Assembly (NCBI GenBank): GCA_045863855.1
Contig: BTVV01000029.1
Location: forward strand, 1 to 60,709
From: Planctomycetota bacterium
Lineage (GTDB): Bacteria; Planctomycetota; SZUA-567; H5-PLA8
Length of the DNA: 60,709 nt
Direction of reading: 5' to 3'
The notes under the pieces were generated by a model. That model was not told the DNA's origin. It ran no database searches and saw nothing but the letters and a program-made list of their open reading frames with translations. Position 1 is the stretch's first letter. Every line of letters starts with the position of its first letter. A program made the position numbers and the translations under genes. Positions 30,390 to 40,132 of the stretch are shown piece by piece.

Positions 30390-32066
30390 TCATTCGTAAA
30401 CTATTTTGTACTCGAGCTTACCCCGGTATTCGGCGCGTTTGACGGTGTGGACCTGCTTGACGCGGAAGAGTTTTTCCGCGGCCATGGCGCGCAGAATCTC
30501 GACCTGCGTCTCCGAACGCTGCGCGGTCCACCATACGTTAGGGTCGTCGGACTCGGCGGGGTCTTCCTTCGTTTCGGCATCGATCAAATTGGAGGCGTTG
30601 TTGGGTGTGCCGCCGGTCGTGCGCGGGCGCTGCGGATTCTGGGCCTGCGTGAGGGCTTGCTGCGCCTGTTTTTCCTGGAGGTAGGTCGAGCCGTCGCGCA
30701 GCCATCCGCCCAGCCCGTAGCTGGTCTCGTGGACGCTGGCCCAGACCTTGCTTTTCACGAGCTGCCCGTTTTCGTACGCGGCGGTCTGGTTGAAGCGCCC
30801 CTGCCACGCGTCGCGGACCTTGGCTTCGTCGCTGCCCAGCACCTTGGCGATGCGTACGATCACGTCATTGCCCAATCCGCCCTGCGCGTCTGTGACGTAC
30901 TGCTTCAATTCGTCGTACGTCTTGGCCACCGTGTGGTGGGCTGCGCTGAGATCGATGTCCAGCGTCGAGACGATCTCGGCGCGCGGGATTTCCACCGTCG
31001 TGCCGTCGAGCTGCTGGATCGTGACTTTCTCGGTTCCGTCGCCGCCCAGCGTGCCGCGGAAGACGTGGCCGTGCTTGGTGGTGACTTGCTTGCCGGGCAC
31101 CGAGGGCACGGGCCGGCCCTTGTCGTCCACGCGGGTGCGTTCGGCCACCTTGGCCTGGATCAGTTCGCTGAAGTAGGTGTAATACAGCAGCACCACCTGC
31201 TTCTGGTAGTTCTCGGCGCGGAGCTTCTCGGCCTTGGGCTGGAGCGCGTCGCACTTGGTGTAGTACTCGCTGTTGGGAAAGTGCTGCTTGAGGCGTTCGA
31301 TCTTTTCGACGGCCGCGGCATAAAGCTGGCGGTCCATGTCGGTGAGGATGCCGCGATAGAGCGCTTCAGCCTGCTGGTCGGCGAACTTCTCGGCTTGTTC
31401 GGCGCGGAATTCGGCGCTGCGTTCCACGAGGCGCGGGTCGATGGATTCGGCCATGTTGAGGTGGTCGAGCGCCTGTTCGTGAAGCTTCATCTGGCCGCAC
31501 CAGCGGGCGAAGTCGAGGTGGTCCTTCGCCGCGTCCTTGGCCGGCGGGCGTTCGAGCATGCGGCGGTCGTAGAGTTCGCGCGCGCTGTAGACGTCGGAGG
31601 CGTCCAGCTCCACGGCTTCCTCGGCTTCGATGCCGGGCGCGGGGATCTGCATGAGCTGGCTGGGGGTCTTGAGCGCGCGGAAACCGGGCCGGGCGCGGTC
31701 GGGCAGTTCGAGCCCTTCGATCGAGCGCCCCGTGTTCAGCTTGAAGCGCACGCCGGTCACCTTATCGCCCGAACGCGGGCGCTCGACGGGGCCTTCCTCG
31801 GGGAGTCCGTACAGCTTGCGGATGCGCCGCGCTTCATCGGGCGCGAGGCTGCTCCACCGCAGCGTCAGGATGTCGCCGGTCTCTTTGAGCTTGAATCGAA
31901 AGGTGGCGTCGGTAGGCGGCTGCAGGAGCGTGCCGCTGTAGGGTTCGCCCCCCACAACCACCGTTTCGTCGGGGACTTCGGACGCGCCGGGCGGCGCGGC
32001 TTCCCCGGCGCTTACGAGGGTCCCACAGAGCGCGAGCACCGGCAGGAAGAAACGAATCGCGCGCAT
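30390..32066 (-). CDS. Secreted hypothetical protein, paralogue B of a tandem pair
   Basis: Signal peptide; collinear with 32077-33858 (VGGEPY, DHLDFARWC, FPNSEYYTK, VDDKGRPVPSVPGKQVTT). Confidence 0.85.
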   Translation of the reverse strand: MRAIRFFLPVLALCGTLVSAGEAAPPGASEVPDETVVVGGEPYSGTLLQPPTDATFRFKLKETGDILTLRWSSLAPDEARRIRKLYGLPEEGPVERPRSGDKVTGVRFKLNTGRSIEGLELPDRARPGFRALKTPSQLMQIPAPGIEAEEAVELDASDVYSARELYDRRMLERPPAKDAAKDHLDFARWCGQMKLHEQALDHLNMAESIDPRLVERSAEFRAEQAEKFADQQAEALYRGILTDMDRQLYAAAVEKIERLKQHFPNSEYYTKCDALQPKAEKLRAENYQKQVVLLYYTYFSELIQAKVAERTRVDDKGRPVPSVPGKQVTTKHGHVFRGTLGGDGTEKVTIQQLDGTTVEIPRAEIVSTLDIDLSAAHHTVAKTYDELKQYVTDAQGGLGNDVIVRIAKVLGSDEAKVRDAWQGRFNQTAAYENGQLVKSKVWASVHETSYGLGGWLRDGSTYLQEKQAQQALTQAQNPQRPRTTGGTPNNASNLIDAETKEDPAESDDPNVWWTAQRSETQVEILRAMAAEKLFRVKQVHTVKRAEYRGKLEYKIVYE

Positions 32067-32076
32067 CCGGCCGCCC

Positions 32077-33858
32077 TTACTCGTAAAATACGCGGAACAG
32101 ATACTGTAAGCCGCGGCAGGTCGGGCAGCGGTAGATCTTGAGGGAGCCGAAGCCGTCCCAGGTTTCGATGTAGCCCTTGGTCGCGCACTGCGAGCAGCGG
32201 TCGCCAGCGACCTGCTTGACGCGGAAGAGCTTTTCGGAGGCCAGCGCGCGGAGCACGTTGAACTTCACCTGAGTGCTCTGGCCGGTCCACCAGATCTCCG
32301 GATCGTCGGAGTCGTCGGGGTTCACGGCTTCGGGATCCATGACGAGGTTCGAACCGCCGGCGTTGTTGCCTTGGTTCTGGTTGCGCCCGCCGGGCCTGCG
32401 GCCCTGCCCTTGGCCTTGCCCCTGACCCTGATTGGCCTGCACGGGCTGGACGCCGTCGCGCAGCCAGGCGCCTTTGCCGTAAGGGGCTTCGTGGAGCGAG
32501 GTCCAGACTTTGCTCTTCTCGAGCTGCCCGTCCTTGTACTCGGCGACCTGGTTAAAGCGGCCTTGCCAGGCGTCGCGGACCTTTGCTTCGTCGACGTGCA
32601 GGCGCAGCGCGACGCGGGCGATCAGATCCTTGCCGATCCCGCCCTGCGCGTCGGTGACGTACTGCTTCAACTCGGCGAAGGTGGGCGAGATCTCGCGGAA
32701 CGATTTGCTCATGTCGATGTCTTGCTTGGTCATCACGTCCTTGCCGGGGATGTCGATGGTCATGTCGCCCTGGCGCAGAGTGAGTTTCTCGGCGGAATCG
32801 CTGACGAGCTGGCCGCGGAATATATGCCCCTGCCGCGTGGTGACCTGCTTGCCGGGGATCGACGGTACGGGCCGGCCCTTGTCGTCCACCCGCGTGCGCT
32901 TGACCATCCGCTCCTGTATCAACTCCTGGAACAAATGGTAGTACATGAAAATGACCTGCTTCTGGAAGTCGGTCTGGCTGTCGGCCTCTACCTTGGGCTG
33001 GAGGCTGTCGACCTTGGTGTAATACTCGCTGTTGGGGAAGTTATCTTTCAGGCGGGTGATCTTTTCGAGCGCGCTGGCGTTATCGCCCGCGTTGAGGCTG
33101 GTGATGATCTGGAGGTACAGCTTCTCGGCCTGCTGGTCGGCGAACTTGGCGACGAGTTCCTCGCGGAATTCCTGGGTGCGTTCCTCGACGCGCGGGTCGA
33201 CGGCTTTGGCCATTTCGAGATGGTCGATGCCGCGGTCGAAAAGGCCCATGTTGGCGCATTGGCGGGCGTAGTCGAGGTGGTCCTTGGCTTGGTCCTTCGC
33301 CGGGGGGCGCTCCAATAGCATGCGATCATAGACCTCTTCGGCCGAGAAGACGTCGCTCTCGCGCTTCTGGATCTTTTCTTCGGCTTCCACGTCGCTCTTG
33401 GGAAGCTGCAGCACCTGCGTGGATGTTTTGATGCAGCGGTAACCGGGGAGCGCGCGGTCGGGCATCTCCAGGCCTTCGACGCTCTTGCCGCTCTTCAATT
33501 TGAAGCGCACGCATTCGATCTCTTTGCCGAATTGGAGGCGGCCGTCTTCGACTTCGATGCTGAGGAGCTTCTGCACGCGGCGGCGTTCGCTCTGGTCCAG
33601 ACTGCTCCAGCGGAAGCGCAGCACGTCGCCGGTCTCGGTGAGGCGGAATTTGAATCCGGCGTCATCGGCGGGAAGCAGCAGCGATCCGGTGTACGGTTCG
33701 CCGCCGACGACGATGGTCACATCCTTTACTTCGGTCGCGGCCGCGGGTTCCGCATCCTGGGCCCGCACGGCGCCCGGCCCGCTCAGCACCGCCGCCATGA
33801 CCGCTCCGGCGAGCAGCTCGAATCGCAGGCGCTTCCGGCCCGTGTACGCGTAACCCAT
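32077..33858 (-). CDS. Secreted hypothetical protein, paralogue A, with a C-terminal CxxC...CxxC zinc-finger-like motif
   Basis: Start MGYAY after a purine-rich tract; signal peptide ending VRA-QD; CSQCATKG...CPTCRG at the C-terminus. Confidence 0.85.
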   Translation of the reverse strand: MGYAYTGRKRLRFELLAGAVMAAVLSGPGAVRAQDAEPAAATEVKDVTIVVGGEPYTGSLLLPADDAGFKFRLTETGDVLRFRWSSLDQSERRRVQKLLSIEVEDGRLQFGKEIECVRFKLKSGKSVEGLEMPDRALPGYRCIKTSTQVLQLPKSDVEAEEKIQKRESDVFSAEEVYDRMLLERPPAKDQAKDHLDYARQCANMGLFDRGIDHLEMAKAVDPRVEERTQEFREELVAKFADQQAEKLYLQIITSLNAGDNASALEKITRLKDNFPNSEYYTKVDSLQPKVEADSQTDFQKQVIFMYYHLFQELIQERMVKRTRVDDKGRPVPSIPGKQVTTRQGHIFRGQLVSDSAEKLTLRQGDMTIDIPGKDVMTKQDIDMSKSFREISPTFAELKQYVTDAQGGIGKDLIARVALRLHVDEAKVRDAWQGRFNQVAEYKDGQLEKSKVWTSLHEAPYGKGAWLRDGVQPVQANQGQGQGQGQGRRPGGRNQNQGNNAGGSNLVMDPEAVNPDDSDDPEIWWTGQSTQVKFNVLRALASEKLFRVKQVAGDRCSQCATKGYIETWDGFGSLKIYRCPTCRGLQYLFRVFYE

Positions 33859-34221
33859 CGAATGGCCCTCTCCCCCTCGCGCCCGCCGCGGAGCGCGTCG
33901 TCGTACCGCATGTCCTTTGGACGCCTCAACCCGAATCGCAGGCCGCGCGAAATCGCGCCGTTTCGAGTCCCACGTATGACGCGGAACCACCGGCGATGCT
34001 GCCTGATCGTACAAGCGCGTTCCTTAAACCAGCCTACCGGCACCGCGCGCTCGGCTCAACTCTAGAGTTGGACGCGAGTTACAGGAGCAGCGACGAACCG
34101 TGTCCCCAGCCGGAATTCGATCCCGGTGCAAAACGCGGGCTCCGGTTAATATGCGGACGCTTCGAAGCGGGACCTTATTGAGCGGTCCTTATAGTAGATC
34201 CGGGATTCCAGGCGGCTTCGC

Positions 34222-35232
34222 ATGTACGAAACGCGTAACCTGATCTTGGGCGCTCTGGGCCTGCTGGTGGCTGCGGCGCTGGCGGGACCGGCTCTCTTCC
34301 GCGCTCGCGCGCAGGAGGTCCGGCCGGCCACCATCGAGCCCAAGCCGGCGCTACCCGCGGCAGTCCCGGCGACGCCCACGCCGCAAGCGCGTTTCGTGCC
34401 CGCCGGCGATCTGAATCTGCGCCCACCGTCTACGCCTGAAGATTCCGAGTCGGGTGAGCAACTGATCTACGATATCCTCTGGAACGGGCTGCCCGCCGGT
34501 AAGGCGCGGATGCAGGTCAAGCGCTACGAACCGTTTCCGGCGCCGGACGGGCCTTTGAGCTGGAACGTGAAGCTGGAAGTTCGCTCCAGCCGCGCGCTCT
34601 CGGCCTTCTACCGCGTGCGCACCAAATCGTCCTCGGTCATCGATGGGAAGGGCGGCTTCAGCCGGTCGTTTCATCTGGAGCGGAAAGAAGGCGAGTATCG
34701 CTACAACGCTCACCGCGACGGCTTCTGGGCCGAAGAGCGGATCGAGTTCGATTACACGTTGGGCGAGAAAAAGGCCGAGTACCGCTGGAAGCGCCACAAT
34801 CTCACTTGGGCCAAGACCGACCTTCCACTCACCGACAACGTGCTCGATCCACTGGCGGCGCTCTACTACCTGCGTTCGAAAGCGGTGGTGCTTGAAGCCG
34901 AGAAGCCCGAAGGCGTCACCGTTCTGCCCATTTGCACCGACAAGCAGATCTGGAACCTCCGGCCCCGATTGCTGCGCAAGGAGAAACTCAGCGTGGCGGG
35001 GGTCGGTCCGGCCGAGTCCTGCCTGATGCTCAAGCTGGAGACGCAGGTCGGAAACGAGTTCGTGCCCGGCTGCGGCTTCAACGGCTTGTTCGAACGGCGT
35101 GGCGAGATGACCTTGTGGCTGCACGAAGCGACACGCATACTGATCAAGCTGGAGGTTGAACTACCGATTGGCCCCTGCGAGGTGCGTTTAGTGGAACACC
35201 GCGACGCGCCATTCCCCGTTCATCAACCTTAA
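34222..35232 (+). CDS. DUF3108-like exported beta-rich protein
   Basis: Signal peptide; GEQLIYDILWNGLPAG, VLDPLAALYYLR, MTLWL...ILIKLEVELPIG. Confidence 0.7.
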   Translation: MYETRNLILGALGLLVAAALAGPALFRARAQEVRPATIEPKPALPAAVPATPTPQARFVPAGDLNLRPPSTPEDSESGEQLIYDILWNGLPAGKARMQVKRYEPFPAPDGPLSWNVKLEVRSSRALSAFYRVRTKSSSVIDGKGGFSRSFHLERKEGEYRYNAHRDGFWAEERIEFDYTLGEKKAEYRWKRHNLTWAKTDLPLTDNVLDPLAALYYLRSKAVVLEAEKPEGVTVLPICTDKQIWNLRPRLLRKEKLSVAGVGPAESCLMLKLETQVGNEFVPGCGFNGLFERRGEMTLWLHEATRILIKLEVELPIGPCEVRLVEHRDAPFPVHQP

Positions 35233-35249
35233 TGGCACTTTCGCACCGT

Positions 35250-35335
35250 TTTTACACACCTATAACTATAATTGATATAATGGATTACAAGTTTTCCATA
35301 CACTTATCCACAGGCGCTGGAAAAAGCGTGGATAA
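35250..35335. promoter_or_regulatory. DnaA-box cluster around an AT-rich tract (candidate oriC or other DnaA-binding locus)
   Basis: TTTTACACA (35250), TTTTCCATA (35292), TTATCCACA (35304) and inverted CGTGGATAA (35327); AT-rich TATAACTATAATTGATATAAT at 35261-35281. Confidence 0.6.
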
Positions 35336-35533
35336 CCCTGAAAGCTTACATTGGGTCGATTGCACGGTGCATGAAAGCCGGATTTGCGGTTGACCTAGCC
35401 GCTATGCGCTCAATCATTTAGGGGCTTCACTTGGAACCTTTACAGTCTGCTTGGGCCGGCAATGCTGTTCCCCAACCCGTGGGTGACGGGTGGGCGGCGA
35501 GCTTGCGGCCTTGCTTTGGCACGGAGCACCCTC

Positions 35534-36706
35534 ATGTCCGACGCGTATACCCCCAAACCGGAGCATAAGTTCACGTTCGGGCTCTGGACCACCGCCAACC
35601 CCGGCCGCGATCCGTTCGGCGAGCCGACACGCCCGGCGTTGGATCCGGTTGAGAACATCCGCAAGATGGCGGAGGTCGGCGCGTACGGGTTCAACTTCCA
35701 CGACAACGACCTGATTCCCTTCGGCGCGAGCGCGAAGGAACGCGACCGGATCGTGAAGGACGCGAAGAAAGTGATGAAGGACACGGGCATCGTCTGCTCG
35801 ATGGCGACCACGAATCTGTTCGGTCATCCGGTCTTCAAGGACGGCGCGTTTACCAGCAACGACACGCGCGTGCGGGCGTACGCGATCCAAAAGACGATGC
35901 ACGCCATCGATCTGGGCGTCGAGATGGGCGCGAAGATCTATGTCTTCTGGGGCGGGCGCGAAGGCGCGGAAGTGGATCTGGCCAAGGATCCGGTCGAGTC
36001 CATGAAGCGGATGCGCGAGGCCATGAACTTCCTCACGCATTACGTAAAGGACCAGGGCTACGACCTCAAGTTCGCGCTGGAAGCCAAACCCAACGAGCCG
36101 CGCGGCGATATTTACCTCGCCACCACCGGCAACATGCTGGCCTTCATCGAAACGCTGGACCACAAAGAAATGGTCGGCGTGAACCCCGAGTACGCGCACG
36201 AAACGATGGCGGGGCTGAATTTCAGCCACCACGTCGCCCAGGCGATCGAGTGCGGGAAGCTCTTCCACGTCGACTTGAACGGCCAGAAGATGGGCCGCTT
36301 CGACCAGGACCTGCGCTTCGGCAGCGAAGACCTGAAGGGCAACCTGCTGCTCGTCCGGTTGCTCGAGAACCGCAGCTATACCGGTCCGCGGCATTTCGAT
36401 GCGCACGCGTACCGCACCGAGGATTCCGACGGAGTCTGGGACTTCGCGCGCGGCTGCATGCGCACCTACCTGATCTTGAAGGAGAAGGCGCGGCAGATCG
36501 ACGACGACGCCGAGATCCGGGCGCTGCTCAAGGAGATCCGCAACGACGACGAGCAGTACCAGTCGCTGATCGAAGCGCACGATACGGACGGCTTCGAGAA
36601 GCTCAAGCGCGCCAAGCTCAATCCCGACGAACTGGCCAAGCGGCCGCTGCGCTACGAACGGCTCGACCAATTGCTCCAGGAGATCATCCTGGGCGTGCGC
36701 GAGTAA
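35534..36706 (+). CDS. xylA: Xylose isomerase (short class I type)
   Basis: KFTFGLWT, FHDNDLIPFG, TTNLFGHPVFKDGAFT, WGGREG, EAKPNEPRGD, NPEYAHE, FDQDLRFG, RHFD. Confidence 0.95.
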   Translation: MSDAYTPKPEHKFTFGLWTTANPGRDPFGEPTRPALDPVENIRKMAEVGAYGFNFHDNDLIPFGASAKERDRIVKDAKKVMKDTGIVCSMATTNLFGHPVFKDGAFTSNDTRVRAYAIQKTMHAIDLGVEMGAKIYVFWGGREGAEVDLAKDPVESMKRMREAMNFLTHYVKDQGYDLKFALEAKPNEPRGDIYLATTGNMLAFIETLDHKEMVGVNPEYAHETMAGLNFSHHVAQAIECGKLFHVDLNGQKMGRFDQDLRFGSEDLKGNLLLVRLLENRSYTGPRHFDAHAYRTEDSDGVWDFARGCMRTYLILKEKARQIDDDAEIRALLKEIRNDDEQYQSLIEAHDTDGFEKLKRAKLNPDELAKRPLRYERLDQLLQEIILGVRE

Positions 36707-36817
36707 CGTCCCGTACCGAAGGCTGCAGCGGTCCGAATGCACCGTTCGTCCAGCGGCGAGCGGTGTACTCCCTTTCGTGCATCTGTGTCGGCGCCGCATC
36801 GGGAAGGGAGTCTCTTT

Positions 36818-37711
36818 GTGCTAAACGTTCGGTCCGTCCTCGTCCTCCTGGCTTGCTCTTTCGGCAACTGCTTGGTGCATGGCGGCGAAGAGACGCCTGC
36901 GCCCAAACTCCCCGAGCTGAAGGAAGGCCAAGCCTGGAAGCTGGTCTGGAGCGACGAGTTCGACGGCGAGCAACTCGATGCCGCGAAATGGGAGACGCCG
37001 GAGTACAAACGCCATGACGCTCAGTGGAGCAAGCGTGCGGCGGTTCTGGAAGGCAAGGGCCACCTTGCCATGAGAACCTTCAAGGAAGGCGAAACGTATT
37101 TCAACGGCTGCGTGCGGAGCAAAGGACGTTTCGAACACGCCTTCGGTTATTACGTCGCGCGCATGAAGCTTCAGAAGAAAGCCGGGCACTGGACGGCGTT
37201 CTGGCTCTTCAACAGCGCGGTAGGCAAGGTGGGCAACGACGGTCGCGACGGCTCCGAGATCGATATCATGGAAAAGCCGAAACTCGACGAGAAGGTTCAT
37301 CACGCGATTCACTGGGACGGCTACGGCAAGGACCATAAGTCGAAGGGCACCAGCGTCGCCGTGCCGGGGGTGTTGGACGGCTGGCACGAGTTCGCGGTGC
37401 TGTGGCTGCCCGACGAATACATCTTCTATGTGGACGGGAAGGAGACATGGCGTTCCAAGGATGGCGGCGTCTGCCAGGTTCCGCTCTACTTGAAGTTCAG
37501 CGACGAGATTCAGTTCAAGGGCTGGGCCGGGGATATCCGCAAGGAAGAGATGCCCGACGAGTTCCTCGTCGACTACGTTCGCGTCTTCGACCTGGTCGAT
37601 GCCGCGACCGGGAAGCCCGTGTATCCGGTCCCGGCAAGTTCGATTCCCAAGCCGCCCGAGGCGGAAGGGGCCAAGAGTCCAGCCGCGCCGGAAGCGTCGA
37701 AGACGCCCTAG
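36818..37711 (+). CDS. Secreted glycoside hydrolase family 16
   Basis: WKLVWSDEFDG, WTAFWL, catalytic EIDIME, FYVDG, VDYVRVF. Confidence 0.9.
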   Translation: MLNVRSVLVLLACSFGNCLVHGGEETPAPKLPELKEGQAWKLVWSDEFDGEQLDAAKWETPEYKRHDAQWSKRAAVLEGKGHLAMRTFKEGETYFNGCVRSKGRFEHAFGYYVARMKLQKKAGHWTAFWLFNSAVGKVGNDGRDGSEIDIMEKPKLDEKVHHAIHWDGYGKDHKSKGTSVAVPGVLDGWHEFAVLWLPDEYIFYVDGKETWRSKDGGVCQVPLYLKFSDEIQFKGWAGDIRKEEMPDEFLVDYVRVFDLVDAATGKPVYPVPASSIPKPPEAEGAKSPAAPEASKTP

Positions 37712-37757
37712 CGCCGCGGTCGTGTCTTTTTCGATTCATGCGAATCCAGAGGTTTCC

Positions 37758-38414
37758 ATGCTGCTTCAACCCGGCCAGAAACTCGTGATGATCGGCGATT
37801 CCATCACCGACTGCGGGCGCGCTCGCCCCGTCGGCGAAGGATTGGGCGAAGCCACCGGCAAGGGCTACGTGGCGTTGGTCGATGCGCTGCTGGGCAGCAC
37901 GTACCCGGGCCACCGCATCCGCGTGGCGAACGTCGGCATCAGCGGGCATACCGTCCGCGACCTGAAAGCGCGCTGGCAGACGGACGTGCTGGACCTGAAG
38001 CCCGATTGGCTCTCGATCATGATCGGGATCAACGACGTTTGGCGGCAGTTCGATCTGCCGCGCCAGCCCGACCGTGGCGTGCCGCTGGAAGAATACGAAG
38101 CGACACTGGACGAACTCTGCGCGAAGACCAAGCCGGTGCTGAAGGGCCTCGTACTGCTGACGCCGTTCTACATCGAGTCCAACGCTGCCGACGCGATGCG
38201 CGCGCGCATGGACGCTTACGGCGCGGTGGTGAAGAAGCTTGCAGCCAAGCACGGGGCGCTCTGCGTGGACGTGCAGGCCGCGTTCAACGCGGTATTGAAG
38301 CACGAGCACTCATCCGCGCTGGCATGGGACCGCGTGCATCCGGGCCTGACGGGGCACGCCGTGATCGCGCGCGCCTTCCTCCAGGCCGTGGAATACCGCT
38401 GGACCGGCGCGTAG
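37758..38414 (+). CDS. SGNH/GDSL hydrolase (carbohydrate acetyl esterase-like)
   Basis: IGDSITD, GISG, IGINDVW, DRVHP. Confidence 0.92.
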   Translation: MLLQPGQKLVMIGDSITDCGRARPVGEGLGEATGKGYVALVDALLGSTYPGHRIRVANVGISGHTVRDLKARWQTDVLDLKPDWLSIMIGINDVWRQFDLPRQPDRGVPLEEYEATLDELCAKTKPVLKGLVLLTPFYIESNAADAMRARMDAYGAVVKKLAAKHGALCVDVQAAFNAVLKHEHSSALAWDRVHPGLTGHAVIARAFLQAVEYRWTGA

Positions 38415-38436
38415 CGCCCGGCAAACGTTTCTTCGC

Positions 38437-39408
38437 CTACCCATCGCACTCAAGGCCGGCGAGCTCGCCGGCGCTGAGCCGGAGATCGGCCGCGGCGAGA
38501 GAGTCGCGAAGCTGTTCGACGTTTTTCGGCCCGACGATAGCGAAGAAGGGGAAGGGCAGCTCAAGCAGGCTGGCGAGAGCCACCTGATTGGCCGAAGCGC
38601 CGCGCCGGACAGCCAGTGCGGTTGCCGCGGCCAAGCGCTTGTAGTTGCGGGGCGACCCGTATTTCTTGAGCACCCCTGGCTTCTGTGCTTCGGGCGGCAG
38701 CCCCGGCCCGTAGCGCCCGCTGAAGAACCCATTGGCTTGCGAACTGTACGCGACCTGAGTGAAGCCTGTGCGGCGATGGAACGCCTCGGTCTCCGCATCG
38801 ACGTAGCGGGTGAGGCTCTTGGGATCGAAGGCCGGCTGCGGCCATGCGAGCGCCCATCCGATCTGGCTGGCGCAAAAGCCGTTCAGGCCGTTCGAAGCGG
38901 CGTAGCGGTTGGCCTCTTCGATCCGCGCGGGGGCCCAGTTGCTGCAACCCAGCGCGCGGAGCTTGCCGGCGCTAAGGTGCTCGTTCAGCCAGCTCATGAT
39001 TTCGCCGACGGGCACGGCCGGATCGTCGCGGTGCAGCCAGTACAGATCGATGTAGGGTGACTGGAGCCGGTCGAGGCTTTCCTTCAAATCCTGCGCGAGG
39101 CAATCGGCGCGCATGCGGCTGGCGCCGGTCTTCATGTCGATGTGCGCGCCTTTGGTGCCGACGACGATGCGCTCTCGCGCGCCGGTTCGTTTGAGCCACT
39201 TGCCGATGGTGCGTTCGCTGGCGCCCGCTCCGTTGGGCAGCCACGCGGCGTAGACGTGCGCGGTATCGAGGAAGTTTCCGCCGCCGGCGGCGAAGGCATC
39301 CAGCAGCGCGAAGGCCTCGTTTTCGGGAAGCTGCGAACCGAAAACGCCGGTGCCCAGCACGAGCTGTGAAGGCGTGGGCTCAAGACCGGCGAGTTCGCGA
39401 TAGCGCAC
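38437..39408 (-). CDS. Aldo/keto reductase
   Basis: LDTAHVY, SERTIG, TKG, SLDRLQSPYIDLYWLHRDD, LGCSNW. Confidence 0.92.
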   Translation of the reverse strand: MRYRELAGLEPTPSQLVLGTGVFGSQLPENEAFALLDAFAAGGGNFLDTAHVYAAWLPNGAGASERTIGKWLKRTGARERIVVGTKGAHIDMKTGASRMRADCLAQDLKESLDRLQSPYIDLYWLHRDDPAVPVGEIMSWLNEHLSAGKLRALGCSNWAPARIEEANRYAASNGLNGFCASQIGWALAWPQPAFDPKSLTRYVDAETEAFHRRTGFTQVAYSSQANGFFSGRYGPGLPPEAQKPGVLKKYGSPRNYKRLAAATALAVRRGASANQVALASLLELPFPFFAIVGPKNVEQLRDSLAAADLRLSAGELAGLECDG

Positions 39409-39418
39409 GGAAAACTCC

Positions 39419-40132
39419 TTACAGCTGCCGGGGTATCAGTTCTTCTTCAAGCACGTTTCCCTCGGCGGTGCGGCTGACTTTATACGCGCGCGCCTCGGGC
39501 TTGCGTCCGACGATCTCTTTCAAATGCGGGCCTTCGTAACGCGCGGCTACGTCGTCGGCCAGAGCGAGCCCCGCGGCCAGTTTGCCTTCTTGAATCAAGC
39601 TGTGGTACAGCGTCCGGCGCTGGCCTTCGAAGGCGTAGTGCGGGCAGTGGCTGCCGGGGAGGAAGCCCAGCCCGTCGTAGATCGGTTTGAGGATCCGGCC
39701 GAACGAATCGGTGGTGCCGCCTTCGTACCAGCACAGCGAACCGGCGCTGCCGCCGGCCAGGACCACGCCCTGTTGCCAGGCTTCGCGGAAGATTTCATGC
39801 AATCCGTGCGCGCGCCAGATGGCAAGCAGGTTCGCGGTGTTGCCTCCGGCGACCCAGATCACATCCTGATCGAGCACGAAAGCGCGCAGGTCTTCGATCT
39901 GGCGGCTGAAGAGCATCAGATGCGATGGGCGGCAGTTGACGCGGCTCATCGCGACGTAAAAGCGCAGGATCGCTCCGTCGTTATCGGCTTGGGCCGTGGG
40001 GACGTAGCAGACGCGCGGGCGCGTCTGGTCGGCAAGGTCGAGGACGTACTGCTCCAACTTGGGCGGATCGGTATCGGCGGCCCAGCCGCCTCCGCCGAGG
40101 GCCACGATGCAGGGCTTACGCAGGTCGCTCAC
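39419..40132 (-). CDS. Peptidase E (S51) family protein
   Basis: YVPTA, WVAGGNTANLL, GGSAG, HCPHY. Confidence 0.9.
   Translation of the reverse strand: MSDLRKPCIVALGGGGWAADTDPPKLEQYVLDLADQTRPRVCYVPTAQADNDGAILRFYVAMSRVNCRPSHLMLFSRQIEDLRAFVLDQDVIWVAGGNTANLLAIWRAHGLHEIFREAWQQGVVLAGGSAGSLCWYEGGTTDSFGRILKPIYDGLGFLPGSHCPHYAFEGQRRTLYHSLIQEGKLAAGLALADDVAARYEGPHLKEIVGRKPEARAYKVSRTAEGNVLEEELIPRQL

Noticed and set aside
30390..33858. DNA similarity between the paralogues as a DGR template/variable repeat or mobile repeat
   Set aside because: The similarity spans two complete coding genes, the sampled differences are not adenine-specific, and there is no reverse transcriptase in the window.
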